From Vulcanimicrobiota bacterium (GTDB lineage: Bacteria > Vulcanimicrobiota > Xenobia > Xenobiales > JADMJV01), in NCBI GenBank assembly GCA_050250895.1, contig JBFWNU010000007.1, positions 288,001-352,000 on the forward strand: a stretch of 64,000 nucleotides of DNA, written 5' to 3'. A program made the translations under genes and the position numbers. Of this stretch, positions 37,467-46,861 are shown piece by piece. Under the pieces are notes generated by a model. The model ran no database searches and was not told where the DNA came from. It saw only the letters and a list, made by a program, of their open reading frames with translations. Within the stretch, counting starts at the first letter, position 1. The number at the start of each line of letters is the position of its first letter.

Positions 37467-38322
37467 CAGGTACCTCGCTTCCGGGCTCGTCATTCTCGGT
37501 GATCAGGATACTTCCTGGATGGGGACTCGGCGCCTGACTGAGCAAGATCACGCCGATCATCAGCAAGGTCACTCCCACCACCAGCGGAGTGCTCAGGTGC
37601 TCGTGAAAGATCAGCGGCCCGCCCAGCACAGGAACGATCATACTGGTGCAGGTGTAACTGGGCACGACCACCACCGCTCGGCCGTGGTTGTAGGCCCACT
37701 GGGTCAGACAAAAGCCCAGTCCGGTGACTACCATCCAGACCCAGAGAAAGAGATTGCTGATGGCCGGTTGGCCGTCGCTGGCCAATTTTTGGGCGATCAG
37801 GCCAAAGCCGGCGAAACCCCCGGCGCACGCGCCCAGCAACAAGCCCGCATGGCTGGTGGGAGTGAGGGCGACCACGGTGGTGGCGATGACCACGAAGGTG
37901 GACAAGGAGGCGGTCAGCCACCATAAGTCCGGAGCTGAATCCAATTGGCGATGGTCACCATAATAGCCGGCCAGCACGGTGCCCACGATGATCAGGAAGA
38001 TGCCGAACAGTTCGCGCTTGCCCAGCGGTTCGTGCAGCACGAAGGTAGAGAAGACGACCAGGCACACCAGCCCAAAACCCGCAAAGCTTGCAATCACCGA
38101 GGCGCTCCCCCAGGCCAGGGCCGGAAATAGCAAGGCGACCCCGATCATGGTCAGGGCGGTTCCCAGCAGCCACTGCACGAACTGCAGCGAGACTTCGGGG
38201 CATCGGCCCAGTTCGCGCAGGCGCCCCAGACTTTCGATGCCGGTCTTTTGGACTCCCATGCCCACGTTTCCGAGGGCGTAGCCCGAGAGTCCCAGGACGA
38301 TGGCCCAGGTTTGCTCGTTCAC
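37417..38322 (-). CDS. DMT-superfamily (NIPA-like) membrane transporter
   Basis: About 9 TM helices; G.GVQK, LHEPL and IFHE motifs. Confidence 0.7.
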   Translation of the reverse strand: MNEQTWAIVLGLSGYALGNVGMGVQKTGIESLGRLRELGRCPEVSLQFVQWLLGTALTMIGVALLFPALAWGSASVIASFAGFGLVCLVVFSTFVLHEPLGKRELFGIFLIIVGTVLAGYYGDHRQLDSAPDLWWLTASLSTFVVIATTVVALTPTSHAGLLLGACAGGFAGFGLIAQKLASDGQPAISNLFLWVWMVVTGLGFCLTQWAYNHGRAVVVVPSYTCTSMIVPVLGGPLIFHEHLSTPLVVGVTLLMIGVILLSQAPSPHPGSILITENDEPGSEVPDGHSQDCRHDSERHHS

Positions 38323-38405
38323 TGGCGATACAATTCCCTTCCTTTCGTGAAACTCCCGGTTGAAAAAGGGCAGGATGAAGACGGCTGAGCTTGAATAAAA
38401 TTCCA

Positions 38406-38918
38406 ATGGGAGTCCTGACCAGAGACGAAATCGTGAAAGCCGTTCAGGCCGGCCACATCGAGATTGATCCCTATCGTGAAGAGCTGGTAGGGCCCGGTTC
38501 GGTCGATCTGCATCTGGGCAATCAATTTCGCGTCTTTCGCAAGCTTCATCGCATCTATCACGTCACCGACGAGTCCGACTTTCAACAGATCACCGAGCTG
38601 GTCGAGGTCGATGACTATTTCGTGCTCATGCCCGGCGAGACCGTACTCGGGGTCACAGTCGAGAGGATTCGGCTGGCTCCCTTTCTGTGCGGTCGCCTCG
38701 AGGGTCGCAGCCGTTTCGCCAGGCTCGGTCTGATGGTCCATATCACGGCCGGCTTCATGCAGCCTGGCATCAACAACCATCAGGTGCTCGAGATCAGCAA
38801 CGTGTCTTCGGTTCCGCTGGCGCTACATCCCGGCACCAGACTCTGCCAATTCGTCTTCGAACGCACCGAAGGGGAGGCCGTTTATCAGGGCCGCTTCGCC
38901 GACCAGAAGATTCCGTGA
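38406..38918 (+). CDS. dcd: dCTP deaminase
   Basis: SVDLHLG, EGRSRFARLGL.VH.TAG, LEISN and YQGRF motifs. Confidence 0.92.
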   Translation: MGVLTRDEIVKAVQAGHIEIDPYREELVGPGSVDLHLGNQFRVFRKLHRIYHVTDESDFQQITELVEVDDYFVLMPGETVLGVTVERIRLAPFLCGRLEGRSRFARLGLMVHITAGFMQPGINNHQVLEISNVSSVPLALHPGTRLCQFVFERTEGEAVYQGRFADQKIP

Positions 38919-38954
38919 GGGATTTCCAGCCGGTGGAGAGAATCAGTCCCCACG

Positions 38955-39635
38955 ATGGCGAGTGTGGTGGAACGTGCGAACAAGATCGCGCCAGAACTGG
39001 CAAACTGGCTCAAAGGTCTGGCGGCCCATCCGCTTTCCTTCGACGGCGACACGCCCCTTGATCAGATCAGCAAGAACTACGTTCGTCTCTGGTTGACCGA
39101 GTTTTTTGCCGAAGAGGCGGACGAGGTCGATCTGGATTTTCGGGTAGAGACCACCGAGTGGCTGATCGGTTGTTGGGCGCGAAGGGCTCGACCGGATGTC
39201 GGTGCGGCCTGCCTGTGTTTTTACGTCTATGACGATCTGGCTCCGACCCTGACGGTGGCCACCGAGTCTCCGAAGGGCTTTCCCTTTCGCAGCCAGGAAC
39301 GCGTCGACACTCTGGAAGAGTTGCTGCAACCGTTCTGTCGTCGCCATTGGAGCGAACTCTGGGGCACGTCGGGGGTGACCTCGCGACGAATCTATCAGGC
39401 GGTCGACGCTGCCCACGGTGATATTGGGCGTTTGGTAGCCCAGAAACTCGGTCTCGAGGCAGGAAGATTGCGCCGAGCCATCGAGTGGTTCGGCCTGGGC
39501 GACGAGGTCAATCGCATCCGCACCCAGCATCAGCGACCGGTTTTGCGTTTTCGCAGCCTGCAGTCCCAGGCCAGCCTTTATTCGGATCGATGGCGGATCT
39601 ATGAACGTCGAGTGACTTCTTCCATCGAGGGGTGA
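38955..39635 (+). CDS. Hypothetical protein with C-terminal Fis-like HTH
   Basis: IYQAVDAAHGDIGRLVAQKLGL...RLRRAIEWFGL resembles HTH_8. Confidence 0.5.
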   Translation: MASVVERANKIAPELANWLKGLAAHPLSFDGDTPLDQISKNYVRLWLTEFFAEEADEVDLDFRVETTEWLIGCWARRARPDVGAACLCFYVYDDLAPTLTVATESPKGFPFRSQERVDTLEELLQPFCRRHWSELWGTSGVTSRRIYQAVDAAHGDIGRLVAQKLGLEAGRLRRAIEWFGLGDEVNRIRTQHQRPVLRFRSLQSQASLYSDRWRIYERRVTSSIEG

Positions 39636-40894
39636 AGCACGGCGAAGGCGCCTTCACGACATTCGGGAGCGACCATCAAGAAGCCGCCGCCGGATTTCTG
39701 GCCCAGGGCCAGGATGGCGTCGGTGCGAGTGACCTCGGTGATCTCCTTCCACTGGTTCGGCGGTCGGATCAGCACGCGGATGGGGTTGCCCGAGCCGGGG
39801 TGGTAGACCCCGAAGGCTGTTTCTCCGGGGCGGTCCTCGCGCAGATAGTAGCGCCAATCGGCGCCAAATTCAGCCTCGACTAGAGCCCGAATACGCTCGA
39901 GTTCCTCCCCTTCTCCAGGATGGCGCAACACCTTGAAGAGACGGCGTTCGGCCAGGCGCCTCGCCAGATCCGCGAGCAGAGGGTCGCTGGACTGCTTCCA
40001 GAGCTTGATGGCGTTGAAAAAGTCGAAGTCGTCCATCCCCAGAAAGCCTTCCAGAAAACGCTCGGGAGAGATGGTCTGGCGTTCGAACAAAAACAGCAGG
40101 TTGGCCGGCACCTTCAGTTTGTCTCGGTCTTCTGAAAAGACCTCCTGGGCCCGTTCGAGCACGACTCTGAGCAGCAGTTCGGCCGAGCGCACCGTGCGAT
40201 GCAGATAAACCTGCCAATGCATGAAATAGCGGCTGAAGAGAAACTCCTCGACCGCCTGGGTGCCTTTGTAGTCGACGGCCAGATAGAGGGTGTCGTCGTG
40301 CATCGGCACTAGCGTGTGAAGAATGCGCTCGATGTCGAACAGCCCGTATTTTACGCCGGTGTAGAGCGAGTCGCGCTGAAGATAATCCATGCGATCCACA
40401 TCCAGCTGGCTGGCCAGCAGCTCGTGAAATACGGGACGAGGGTAGGTGCCCTCCATGATGGCCACCACCGCTTCGGGGTCCACCCCGTGCCGGCTCAGGA
40501 TCGGGGCCAGCCGCGAGCGCACGATTTGACGCCCGAGGACCTCGTGGTCCACCCCGGAAAAGACGCGTTCCAGGGCGTGGGAGAAAGGCCCATGGCCGAG
40601 ATCGTGAAGCAGCGCCGCGGCGCAAGCCGCCTGCCGCTCTGCGAGCGCCATGTCGGCCAGGCCGTTCTTCTGCCACAGGTCCAGCACCCGGTACATCAGC
40701 CACATCACGCCCAGAGCGTGTTGAAAGCGTGAATGCTCGGCTCCGTGAAAGGTGGTGAAACACATGCCCAGCTGGCGAACATTGCGCAGGCGCTGAAACT
40801 CGGGACTGTCGACCAGGTCCAGGAGCACGGGCCAGGGGATGGTCAGATTTCCATAGACCGGGTCGCGCAGAACCTTTTCGTAGTGAGAAGTCAC
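39599..40894 (-). CDS. HD-domain phosphohydrolase (SAMHD1/YwfO-like dNTPase)
   Basis: RDPVYG, FQRLR..QLG, HSRFQHALG, LHDLGHGPFSH, LDVDRMDYL.RD and VYLH motifs. Confidence 0.9.
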   Translation of the reverse strand: MTSHYEKVLRDPVYGNLTIPWPVLLDLVDSPEFQRLRNVRQLGMCFTTFHGAEHSRFQHALGVMWLMYRVLDLWQKNGLADMALAERQAACAAALLHDLGHGPFSHALERVFSGVDHEVLGRQIVRSRLAPILSRHGVDPEAVVAIMEGTYPRPVFHELLASQLDVDRMDYLQRDSLYTGVKYGLFDIERILHTLVPMHDDTLYLAVDYKGTQAVEEFLFSRYFMHWQVYLHRTVRSAELLLRVVLERAQEVFSEDRDKLKVPANLLFLFERQTISPERFLEGFLGMDDFDFFNAIKLWKQSSDPLLADLARRLAERRLFKVLRHPGEGEELERIRALVEAEFGADWRYYLREDRPGETAFGVYHPGSGNPIRVLIRPPNQWKEITEVTRTDAILALGQKSGGGFLMVAPECREGAFAVLHPSMEEVTRRS

Positions 40895-40898
40895 GCCC

Positions 40899-41984
40899 TC
40901 AGGTGGTACTGCTCGGGCTAAGCGACTGCGAAAGACCCTGCAGGAAATAGAACAACATGTTGGCGGCCAATCGCGAGGTCGGCTGCTGGCGATCGTCATG
41001 CGGAGGCGAGGTCTCCATGAACTCGACCAGGCCGACGCCTCTTTCGCCCGCCATCGAGGCCATGGCGCAGCAGGTACCCGGTTGTAGTCCCAGGGGCGAA
41101 GGGGCCGAGACTCCGGGTAAAGTGGTGGCGTTCATGTCGAAGCTGACCATGGTCGCCACCGAGTCCATCTGCACTTTGTTCAGAGCGCCATCAAAGGCGT
41201 TGAGGACATTCTCGCGACCCAGCCAGAACTGCTCGAGATTGACCAGGGTAGCGCCCTTGGTCAATAGATAGGCGCGGTGGCGCGGCGAACAGTGCTGTTC
41301 TTGAATGGCAAAAGCCACGAAGTTGGCCGGGTCGACCGGCCCGTCGGGCTCTTCGAGGATGCGGAAGAAGGCGGTGCCGGAGTTGAGTCCAGAGATTTCC
41401 GGGTCGCGCACATCCAGGAATTTGTCCACGTTGATGAGGCCAAACCAATCCACCACCTCGGCCGCGACTCCGTCGCGTTGCCGATTGCGCTGGCGCAGAT
41501 GGCGCTGAGCTTTGGTGTATCCCATCACCGAGCTGTAGGTGAGATCCTGGCCGCCTCCGAGAACCACGATGATGGCTCCGGTCAGGGAGAGATAGTGGAT
41601 CAGTTCTTCCATTCGCAGGTGGGTCTCGCGCAGCCGAGCCTCGTCGCTGGTGCCGTTGGGCAGGCGCAGATCGCCGATGTCGACGATTCCGCCAGCCAGG
41701 TTGTCGACGAAACCGGGGGTGAGCCGATAGAAAGCCTGACGGATAGCCTCCGGGCCATGGCGGGCCCCCGGCCGGCCACGGCCCATGGTGATACCCAGAT
41801 CGTCGGGAGCCCCCACAATAATGACCTGAGGCCGGGCCTCGAGCAGACCTTGAATCTCGCTGTGGCGGTCCCAGGTGCGAACCAGATCCCCCAGGCGAAG
41901 GTCGTCGTGCTCCCCTCTGGAATAGAAGATCGAAGACCTTCGGCCCGCCGGATAGGCACGGGTTAAGAGTAGTTCCCAATCCAT
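40899..41984 (-). CDS. Arginase/formimidoylglutamase (HutG)-like ureohydrolase with altered metal ligands
   Basis: GRPGARHGPEAIR, LGGG, NSGT.F, PGVSAPSPLGL and E.SP.HD motifs. Confidence 0.75.
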   Translation of the reverse strand: MDWELLLTRAYPAGRRSSIFYSRGEHDDLRLGDLVRTWDRHSEIQGLLEARPQVIIVGAPDDLGITMGRGRPGARHGPEAIRQAFYRLTPGFVDNLAGGIVDIGDLRLPNGTSDEARLRETHLRMEELIHYLSLTGAIIVVLGGGQDLTYSSVMGYTKAQRHLRQRNRQRDGVAAEVVDWFGLINVDKFLDVRDPEISGLNSGTAFFRILEEPDGPVDPANFVAFAIQEQHCSPRHRAYLLTKGATLVNLEQFWLGRENVLNAFDGALNKVQMDSVATMVSFDMNATTLPGVSAPSPLGLQPGTCCAMASMAGERGVGLVEFMETSPPHDDRQQPTSRLAANMLFYFLQGLSQSLSPSSTT

Positions 41985-42096
41985 GCCGCGGCCTTCGACG
42001 AGCAGGATGCTCCTCCTGTGGGCGCTAACCTATCGCCGTTAACGAGAAACCCATCTCTCAAGACACCTTGCAGGGTTTCCAGGGTAGGGCAAGAAG

Positions 42097-42113
42097 TGAC
42101 AGTTACACTGTAA
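42097..42113. promoter_or_regulatory. Palindromic operator candidate
   Basis: TGACAGT-TAC-ACTGTAA immediately before the ATG of the MerR-type regulator. Confidence 0.45.
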
Positions 42114-42662
42114 ATGGGCAAATCGGTAAGCTTAGAGCAAGCTCCCGAAGAGGGCGCTTCCTGGAGTCTCGGAGAACTCAGCCAGATCACTCAGGAAGAG
42201 CTGGAGCGTCGCAAGATACCCAATCCTGGCGGGAGGGTATCTCAAGTTCCTAGTGCCCGGACCATCCGCTACTATACCAGCCTCGGGCTGGTCGACCGAC
42301 CTTTGGGTTACGACGGGGGAGTAGCCCAATACGGCCACCGGCACCTGATGCAATTGCTGGCCATCAAAGTGCTGCAGGCCGAGTATCTTCCCTTGCCCGA
42401 GATCCACAAGCATCTCCACGGTCGCAGCATTGAAGAACTTGGCGAGATTGTTGATTCCGCCACCCGAGATGAAGAAATACCAAGGGAGCCTGCCGCCCGC
42501 GTCGAATCCTGGCTGACCATCGCGGCACTGCCCGGAGTTCGACTTATGGTCGAGGATAGGCAGGCCCTACTGGAATGGGTGCGCAATCACTCGGATGAGG
42601 AGGCCGTCGAGAAGCTGAATAGAGCTTTGAAAGCATTAACGAATCCTGGTGCGAAAACGTAG
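42114..42662 (+). CDS. MerR-family HTH regulator
   Basis: RTIRYYTSLGLVDRP....A.YG.RHL.QLLAIK.LQ...L.EI pattern. Confidence 0.85.
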   Translation: MGKSVSLEQAPEEGASWSLGELSQITQEELERRKIPNPGGRVSQVPSARTIRYYTSLGLVDRPLGYDGGVAQYGHRHLMQLLAIKVLQAEYLPLPEIHKHLHGRSIEELGEIVDSATRDEEIPREPAARVESWLTIAALPGVRLMVEDRQALLEWVRNHSDEEAVEKLNRALKALTNPGAKT

Positions 42663-42686
42663 ACGGAATCATAGGGGAGGGGTTTC

Positions 42687-45152
42687 TTGAGCTCCGCTCC
42701 GGCGCTTGAGCTACTCAGTCCCGAACTTGACCGACGCTACCGGCAGGTCCCTATCGGGCCCGGCTTGGTATTGGCTGAACAAGCCGGCCGCGTGGTTTGC
42801 TTTCCTATTCAGCGACTAGGATTCCGGGCCCGAATCACCGGCCCCACCGCGGCCGTCGAGGTCTTCCAGACCTTCGTGAATTCAAGTTCTCAGCCCATCG
42901 AGGGCACCTATCTGTTTCCGCTGGGCGCCGGAGGCTCGCTGGTGCAGTTGCGGATTTCTGTAGGACAGCGTCCGCTCGAAGGCCAGGTGCAGGCCAGGGA
43001 AGTTGCCCTGGAACGATTCGCTCAGCGCGAGCAGCCTCGGTTTTTGGGTCAGTTGTTCGAGTTCGAACAGGCGCCGATTCTGTCCATCGGGCTGGGCCGG
43101 GTGGCCCCCAACGAGGTGGTCGACATCCAACTGGCCTACGCCGAGTTGCTCGAGACGGCCGATGGCGGTTTTCGCTTCCACTTTCCTTTATTGATGCACC
43201 CCTGCCTGGCTTCTGGCACCCCGGTCGAGCAGGCTGGCCGCGTGTCTGAGCAGCTGGTGCTGCCGCCCGGACTAAATCAGGGGGCGCAGGTGGCCATGTC
43301 GCTGGTCCTCGACGGCGGCGAGTTGACTCCCGGACAGTTGGCCTGCAGCCAGCCGGTGGCGACCCAGGTTAGTCCCCGGGGTGATATGGCGATCGAGTTC
43401 AGCCGACAGAACCCGCTCAACCAGCGAGACTTCACCCTCAACTATCAGCTCTGGACCGAGCGCGCCCCTAAAGCCTGGCTGCGGACCGGGCCCAAACATT
43501 TCTTGTTGAACCTGTTTCCACCCGCCAGCCGGGTGGCCAGTTTTCCTCGCGATCTGGTGATCCTGGTCGAGGGCTCCGAGGCCATGAAGGGCGAGAATTT
43601 CGATATCGTACGCCAGGGGATCGCCCGCTTGCTCGGCAGTCTCGAGCCGGCCGAGCGGTTCGCGCTGGTGTGTTTCAATCGTGAGCTAGAGGGTTATCGG
43701 CAGGGAGTGTTCTGCCCGGCCGAGGAGGTTCCCCAGGGGCTGGAGTGGATCGGTCAGTATAACGCTCGCGGAATCGCCGACCTGAAGGTCTTGCTCGGGC
43801 GCGTCCTGCACCTGAGCCGCGAGAAGAATCGCACTCTGGGCGTGGTCATCATGGCCTGTGGTGGGGTGGGTAACGAGCCTGAGTTGTTCCAGATGATTCA
43901 GAGCGGAGCCCGCGGCATCCGCTTTTTCACCGTGGGCGTAGGCCAGGGAGTCAATCGGTCGTTCCTGCGCAAAGTCGCGCGTTCCACCCAGGGGACCTGC
44001 TACATGGCAGGTCCTGGCGAGTCGCTTTTGATGGCCATGCAGCAACTGTCTGAGGACACCCGCCAGCCAATTCTCTCCGATCTTCAGTTGCTCGACCGCG
44101 ATTTGCATTTTCAGGGCGACTCGGTCACTCCCGAAGAACCCGGGGTGGTCTGTTTTAACCGCCCTCTCACCATAATGGGATTGCGGGCCGGCGAAGGCGG
44201 TGTCGAGATTCAGGGGCGCAGCCCCAGCGGCACCGTCTGGGCCGAGACCGCGGCGCCCGGTCCGGCTTCTAACCCTGCGCTTCATATGGTGTGGGCTCAC
44301 GAGAAGGTGCGCGAGCTTCAGGATGAACTGCATCTACAGGTCGGGCCCAAGACCAGCTTACTGTCCAAGATGATCCAGAATCTGGCGGTGGAGTACCGCC
44401 TGCTGTCTGAATTCACATCTTACGTGGTGATGGACGGCGCCTCGCGGGTGGCCACGGTCCAACCTGGTTTGATTCCCTCGAGTTGGAAGACCGAAGACGA
44501 ATTCGAGGGCGAGGGATTGAGTGCCTCAGAGCTGTTGCAGGCTGCCCAGGAAGAGGAAGAAAAGCTCGAGCAGTCCCAGAAGCCGCGACGCGAGGGGTTG
44601 CGGATGAAAGACACCGCGATCACCACCGGCAATAAGAAGTTCTCTTCCCAGAGCAAGCTGTCGGGCGAGAATCGATTGCACGGCGGGGTGAAGACCGGAG
44701 TGGTCACCAAGCCGATGTTGGACCGCAGTCCCCGCACGAATGCCGGGCCTGCGCCTGCGCCGACGCCCACGCCCACGCCCACGCCTCCTCCGGGTCCCAC
44801 CCCCCCCACCGGCCCGACGGTCCCGTCGCCCGAGCCGCCGCCGGGCGCCTCGCCCGAACAGGTGGCGCGCGAGTTGTTGCGATCGGATCCTCGCTATCGC
44901 GAGCTCTTGATGGGCGAGATGCGAACCCTCTACTCCTCTTTGGGAGCCTCGGCTCAGGGCCCGCCTCATCCGCAACTCAGAGACCACCTCGAGAAGGTGC
45001 TCGAGCGGGTCAAGCAGATCGCTCCCCGCTCGCCTGTTCTGCAAGAGGTCTATCGGGTCGGCCATACCTACTATCAGAGCTTGCTCAAAGGTGAAGAAGA
45101 GGCGGTTCCTCGCATTCAGTTCTGGATCACTCGTTTCGCTACCCTGTTCTAA
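42687..45152 (+). CDS. VIT + vWA domain protein with Pro-rich linker and C-terminal helical domain
   Basis: V.QTFVN...IEG.Y.FPL (VIT); vWA layout with RFFTVGVG.GVN..FL..A; LLSEFTSYV; PT repeats. Confidence 0.8.
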   Translation: MSSAPALELLSPELDRRYRQVPIGPGLVLAEQAGRVVCFPIQRLGFRARITGPTAAVEVFQTFVNSSSQPIEGTYLFPLGAGGSLVQLRISVGQRPLEGQVQAREVALERFAQREQPRFLGQLFEFEQAPILSIGLGRVAPNEVVDIQLAYAELLETADGGFRFHFPLLMHPCLASGTPVEQAGRVSEQLVLPPGLNQGAQVAMSLVLDGGELTPGQLACSQPVATQVSPRGDMAIEFSRQNPLNQRDFTLNYQLWTERAPKAWLRTGPKHFLLNLFPPASRVASFPRDLVILVEGSEAMKGENFDIVRQGIARLLGSLEPAERFALVCFNRELEGYRQGVFCPAEEVPQGLEWIGQYNARGIADLKVLLGRVLHLSREKNRTLGVVIMACGGVGNEPELFQMIQSGARGIRFFTVGVGQGVNRSFLRKVARSTQGTCYMAGPGESLLMAMQQLSEDTRQPILSDLQLLDRDLHFQGDSVTPEEPGVVCFNRPLTIMGLRAGEGGVEIQGRSPSGTVWAETAAPGPASNPALHMVWAHEKVRELQDELHLQVGPKTSLLSKMIQNLAVEYRLLSEFTSYVVMDGASRVATVQPGLIPSSWKTEDEFEGEGLSASELLQAAQEEEEKLEQSQKPRREGLRMKDTAITTGNKKFSSQSKLSGENRLHGGVKTGVVTKPMLDRSPRTNAGPAPAPTPTPTPTPPPGPTPPTGPTVPSPEPPPGASPEQVARELLRSDPRYRELLMGEMRTLYSSLGASAQGPPHPQLRDHLEKVLERVKQIAPRSPVLQEVYRVGHTYYQSLLKGEEEAVPRIQFWITRFATLF

Positions 45153-45241
45153 CTTGCCGCGCACAATCTCCGCACGTTTGCGGCGGCCGGATAAAGGAGT
45201 CAGGGGTCCTTCTTCGTAAGAGATCGGCGGAGGAAATTCGC

Positions 45242-45682
45242 ATGGCCAAGCGGCGCAGGCCTGAATTCGACATGTTTGACGTGGCCAGCGGGAAGATCTC
45301 TCTGGACGACTATCTGGCCCAACGTTACAGCGAGGTCGATCTGCAGTCCAAGGTGTGGGTCGAGAAAGAGGACAAGGTCGAAGAGTTGCTGGCTCCCCCC
45401 ACCAAGGATGAGCCCATGGTCGTGCGCCAGGTCTATCCGTTGCCCGCCGACCCTCCGCCGCCGGATCCACGCCTGCCCGCGGCAGCCAGGCCAGTGGTAG
45501 CGGGCTCCTCGGCTCCGATGGCGCCGCCGCCGGTCGAGCCTCCGTCGGTCCAGGATGCGGGTGATCGCTATGACCCCGAGCCGCCAGCGGCGGATTTTCC
45601 GGCCGTGCCTGACTTTGAGTCGCTCTTGAGTCAGTTTCATGAGGCCGCCCGTGACTTTGAAGAACGCAATCGCAAGGAATAG
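45242..45682 (+). CDS. Pro-rich hypothetical protein
   Basis: SD GGAGG before the ATG; co-oriented with neighbours. Confidence 0.6.
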   Translation: MAKRRRPEFDMFDVASGKISLDDYLAQRYSEVDLQSKVWVEKEDKVEELLAPPTKDEPMVVRQVYPLPADPPPPDPRLPAAARPVVAGSSAPMAPPPVEPPSVQDAGDRYDPEPPAADFPAVPDFESLLSQFHEAARDFEERNRKE

Positions 45683-45690
45683 AACAACGA

Positions 45691-46341
45691 TTGCGTTTTG
45701 TGGCCATCAGCGACACCCACGGTTGGCACTCGAAACTGGCAGTGCCCGACGGCGATGTCCTGCTTCACAGCGGCGATCTATGCAACCGTGGAGCCCTGGC
45801 CGAAGTAGAGAGCTTCGATCGTTTCCTGGCGAGTTTGCCCCACCCTCATAAGATCGTGATCGCGGGCAACCACGACTTCTGTTTCCAGCGGACTCCCCAG
45901 GAGGCGCGCGCGCGCCTGACCAACTGTGTCTATCTCGAGGATGAGGCGATAGTGCTCGACGGCATCAAGATCTACGGATCACCCTGGCAGCCTCGCTTCT
46001 GTGATTGGGCCTTCAATCTGCCCCGGGGCCCGGCGCTGGCCGAGAAGTGGGCCTTGATCCCCGAGGACACGCATATCTTGCTCACCCACGGGCCGCCCAG
46101 GGGTTGTCTTGACCTGACCCACGACGGGCGCGAGGTGGGTTGCGAGGACCTTCGCCAGCGTCTGACCCAGCTCTCCGTCAGACACCACATCTTCGGACAC
46201 ATCCACGAAGCCTACGGCCATCGTCTGGTCGACGGCACGCACTACTACAACGCCTCGGTGGTCAATCACTTCAAGCGGGAATGGCATCCCGCCTGGGTGT
46301 TCGACTTCGAGCCGCCCTCAGGCCGCGCTCCCTCCTCGTGA
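45691..46341 (+). CDS. Calcineurin-like metallophosphoesterase (MPPED-like)
   Basis: SDTH, HSGD, AGNHD, THGPP and FGHIHE motifs. Confidence 0.9.
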   Translation: MRFVAISDTHGWHSKLAVPDGDVLLHSGDLCNRGALAEVESFDRFLASLPHPHKIVIAGNHDFCFQRTPQEARARLTNCVYLEDEAIVLDGIKIYGSPWQPRFCDWAFNLPRGPALAEKWALIPEDTHILLTHGPPRGCLDLTHDGREVGCEDLRQRLTQLSVRHHIFGHIHEAYGHRLVDGTHYYNASVVNHFKREWHPAWVFDFEPPSGRAPSS

Positions 46342-46342
46342 C

Positions 46343-46777
46343 TCAAATTCCTGGCACTGCTTTGGCGCGGTGGCTGACAAACGGATTCAAGGTGGGGGGG
46401 CGCAGCTTCTGACCATCCGACTCGAAGTCGAGGTTCAACAGCGCCTGGCGCAGAGCCACGGCCGAAACCGGTTTCTTCAGGCAGGCGCACTCGGTGCTCC
46501 AGCGGCCATCTTCAAAGCATGGTTCGGCGGTGACCACCAGCACCCTCAGCTTGGACAACCCGGGATCGACGCGAATGAGGTCGAGAAAATCGAGGCCGTT
46601 CATCTCGGGCATGTGCAGATCGAGTAGCAACAGTCCAGGACGACCGCCGAAGTCACGCAGTGCCTCCAGGGCTTCGCGACCATTGGCCGCCTCTTGACTT
46701 TCAAAGCCCATCGAGGCCAGCAGTCCGCGCAAAAGCTTGCGAGTAGTATTGCAATCGTCGACAATGAGAGCGTTCAT
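46343..46777 (-). CDS. Single-domain response regulator (CheY-like)
   Basis: LIVDD, LLDLHMPEMNG, VTA and KP motifs. Confidence 0.85.
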   Translation of the reverse strand: MNALIVDDCNTTRKLLRGLLASMGFESQEAANGREALEALRDFGGRPGLLLLDLHMPEMNGLDFLDLIRVDPGLSKLRVLVVTAEPCFEDGRWSTECACLKKPVSAVALRQALLNLDFESDGQKLRPPTLNPFVSHRAKAVPGI

Positions 46778-46861
46778 AAGGGGTGTATCGGCCGCTTTAC
46801 GGCCAGCTGAAGAGGAACGCGCCGGTCGCACTTGAATAATAATCGTCCAGGGAGGTGGCTA

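Noticed and set aside
44526-45716. 396-aa minus-strand ORF
   Set aside because: Antisense to better-supported plus-strand genes; low-complexity composition.
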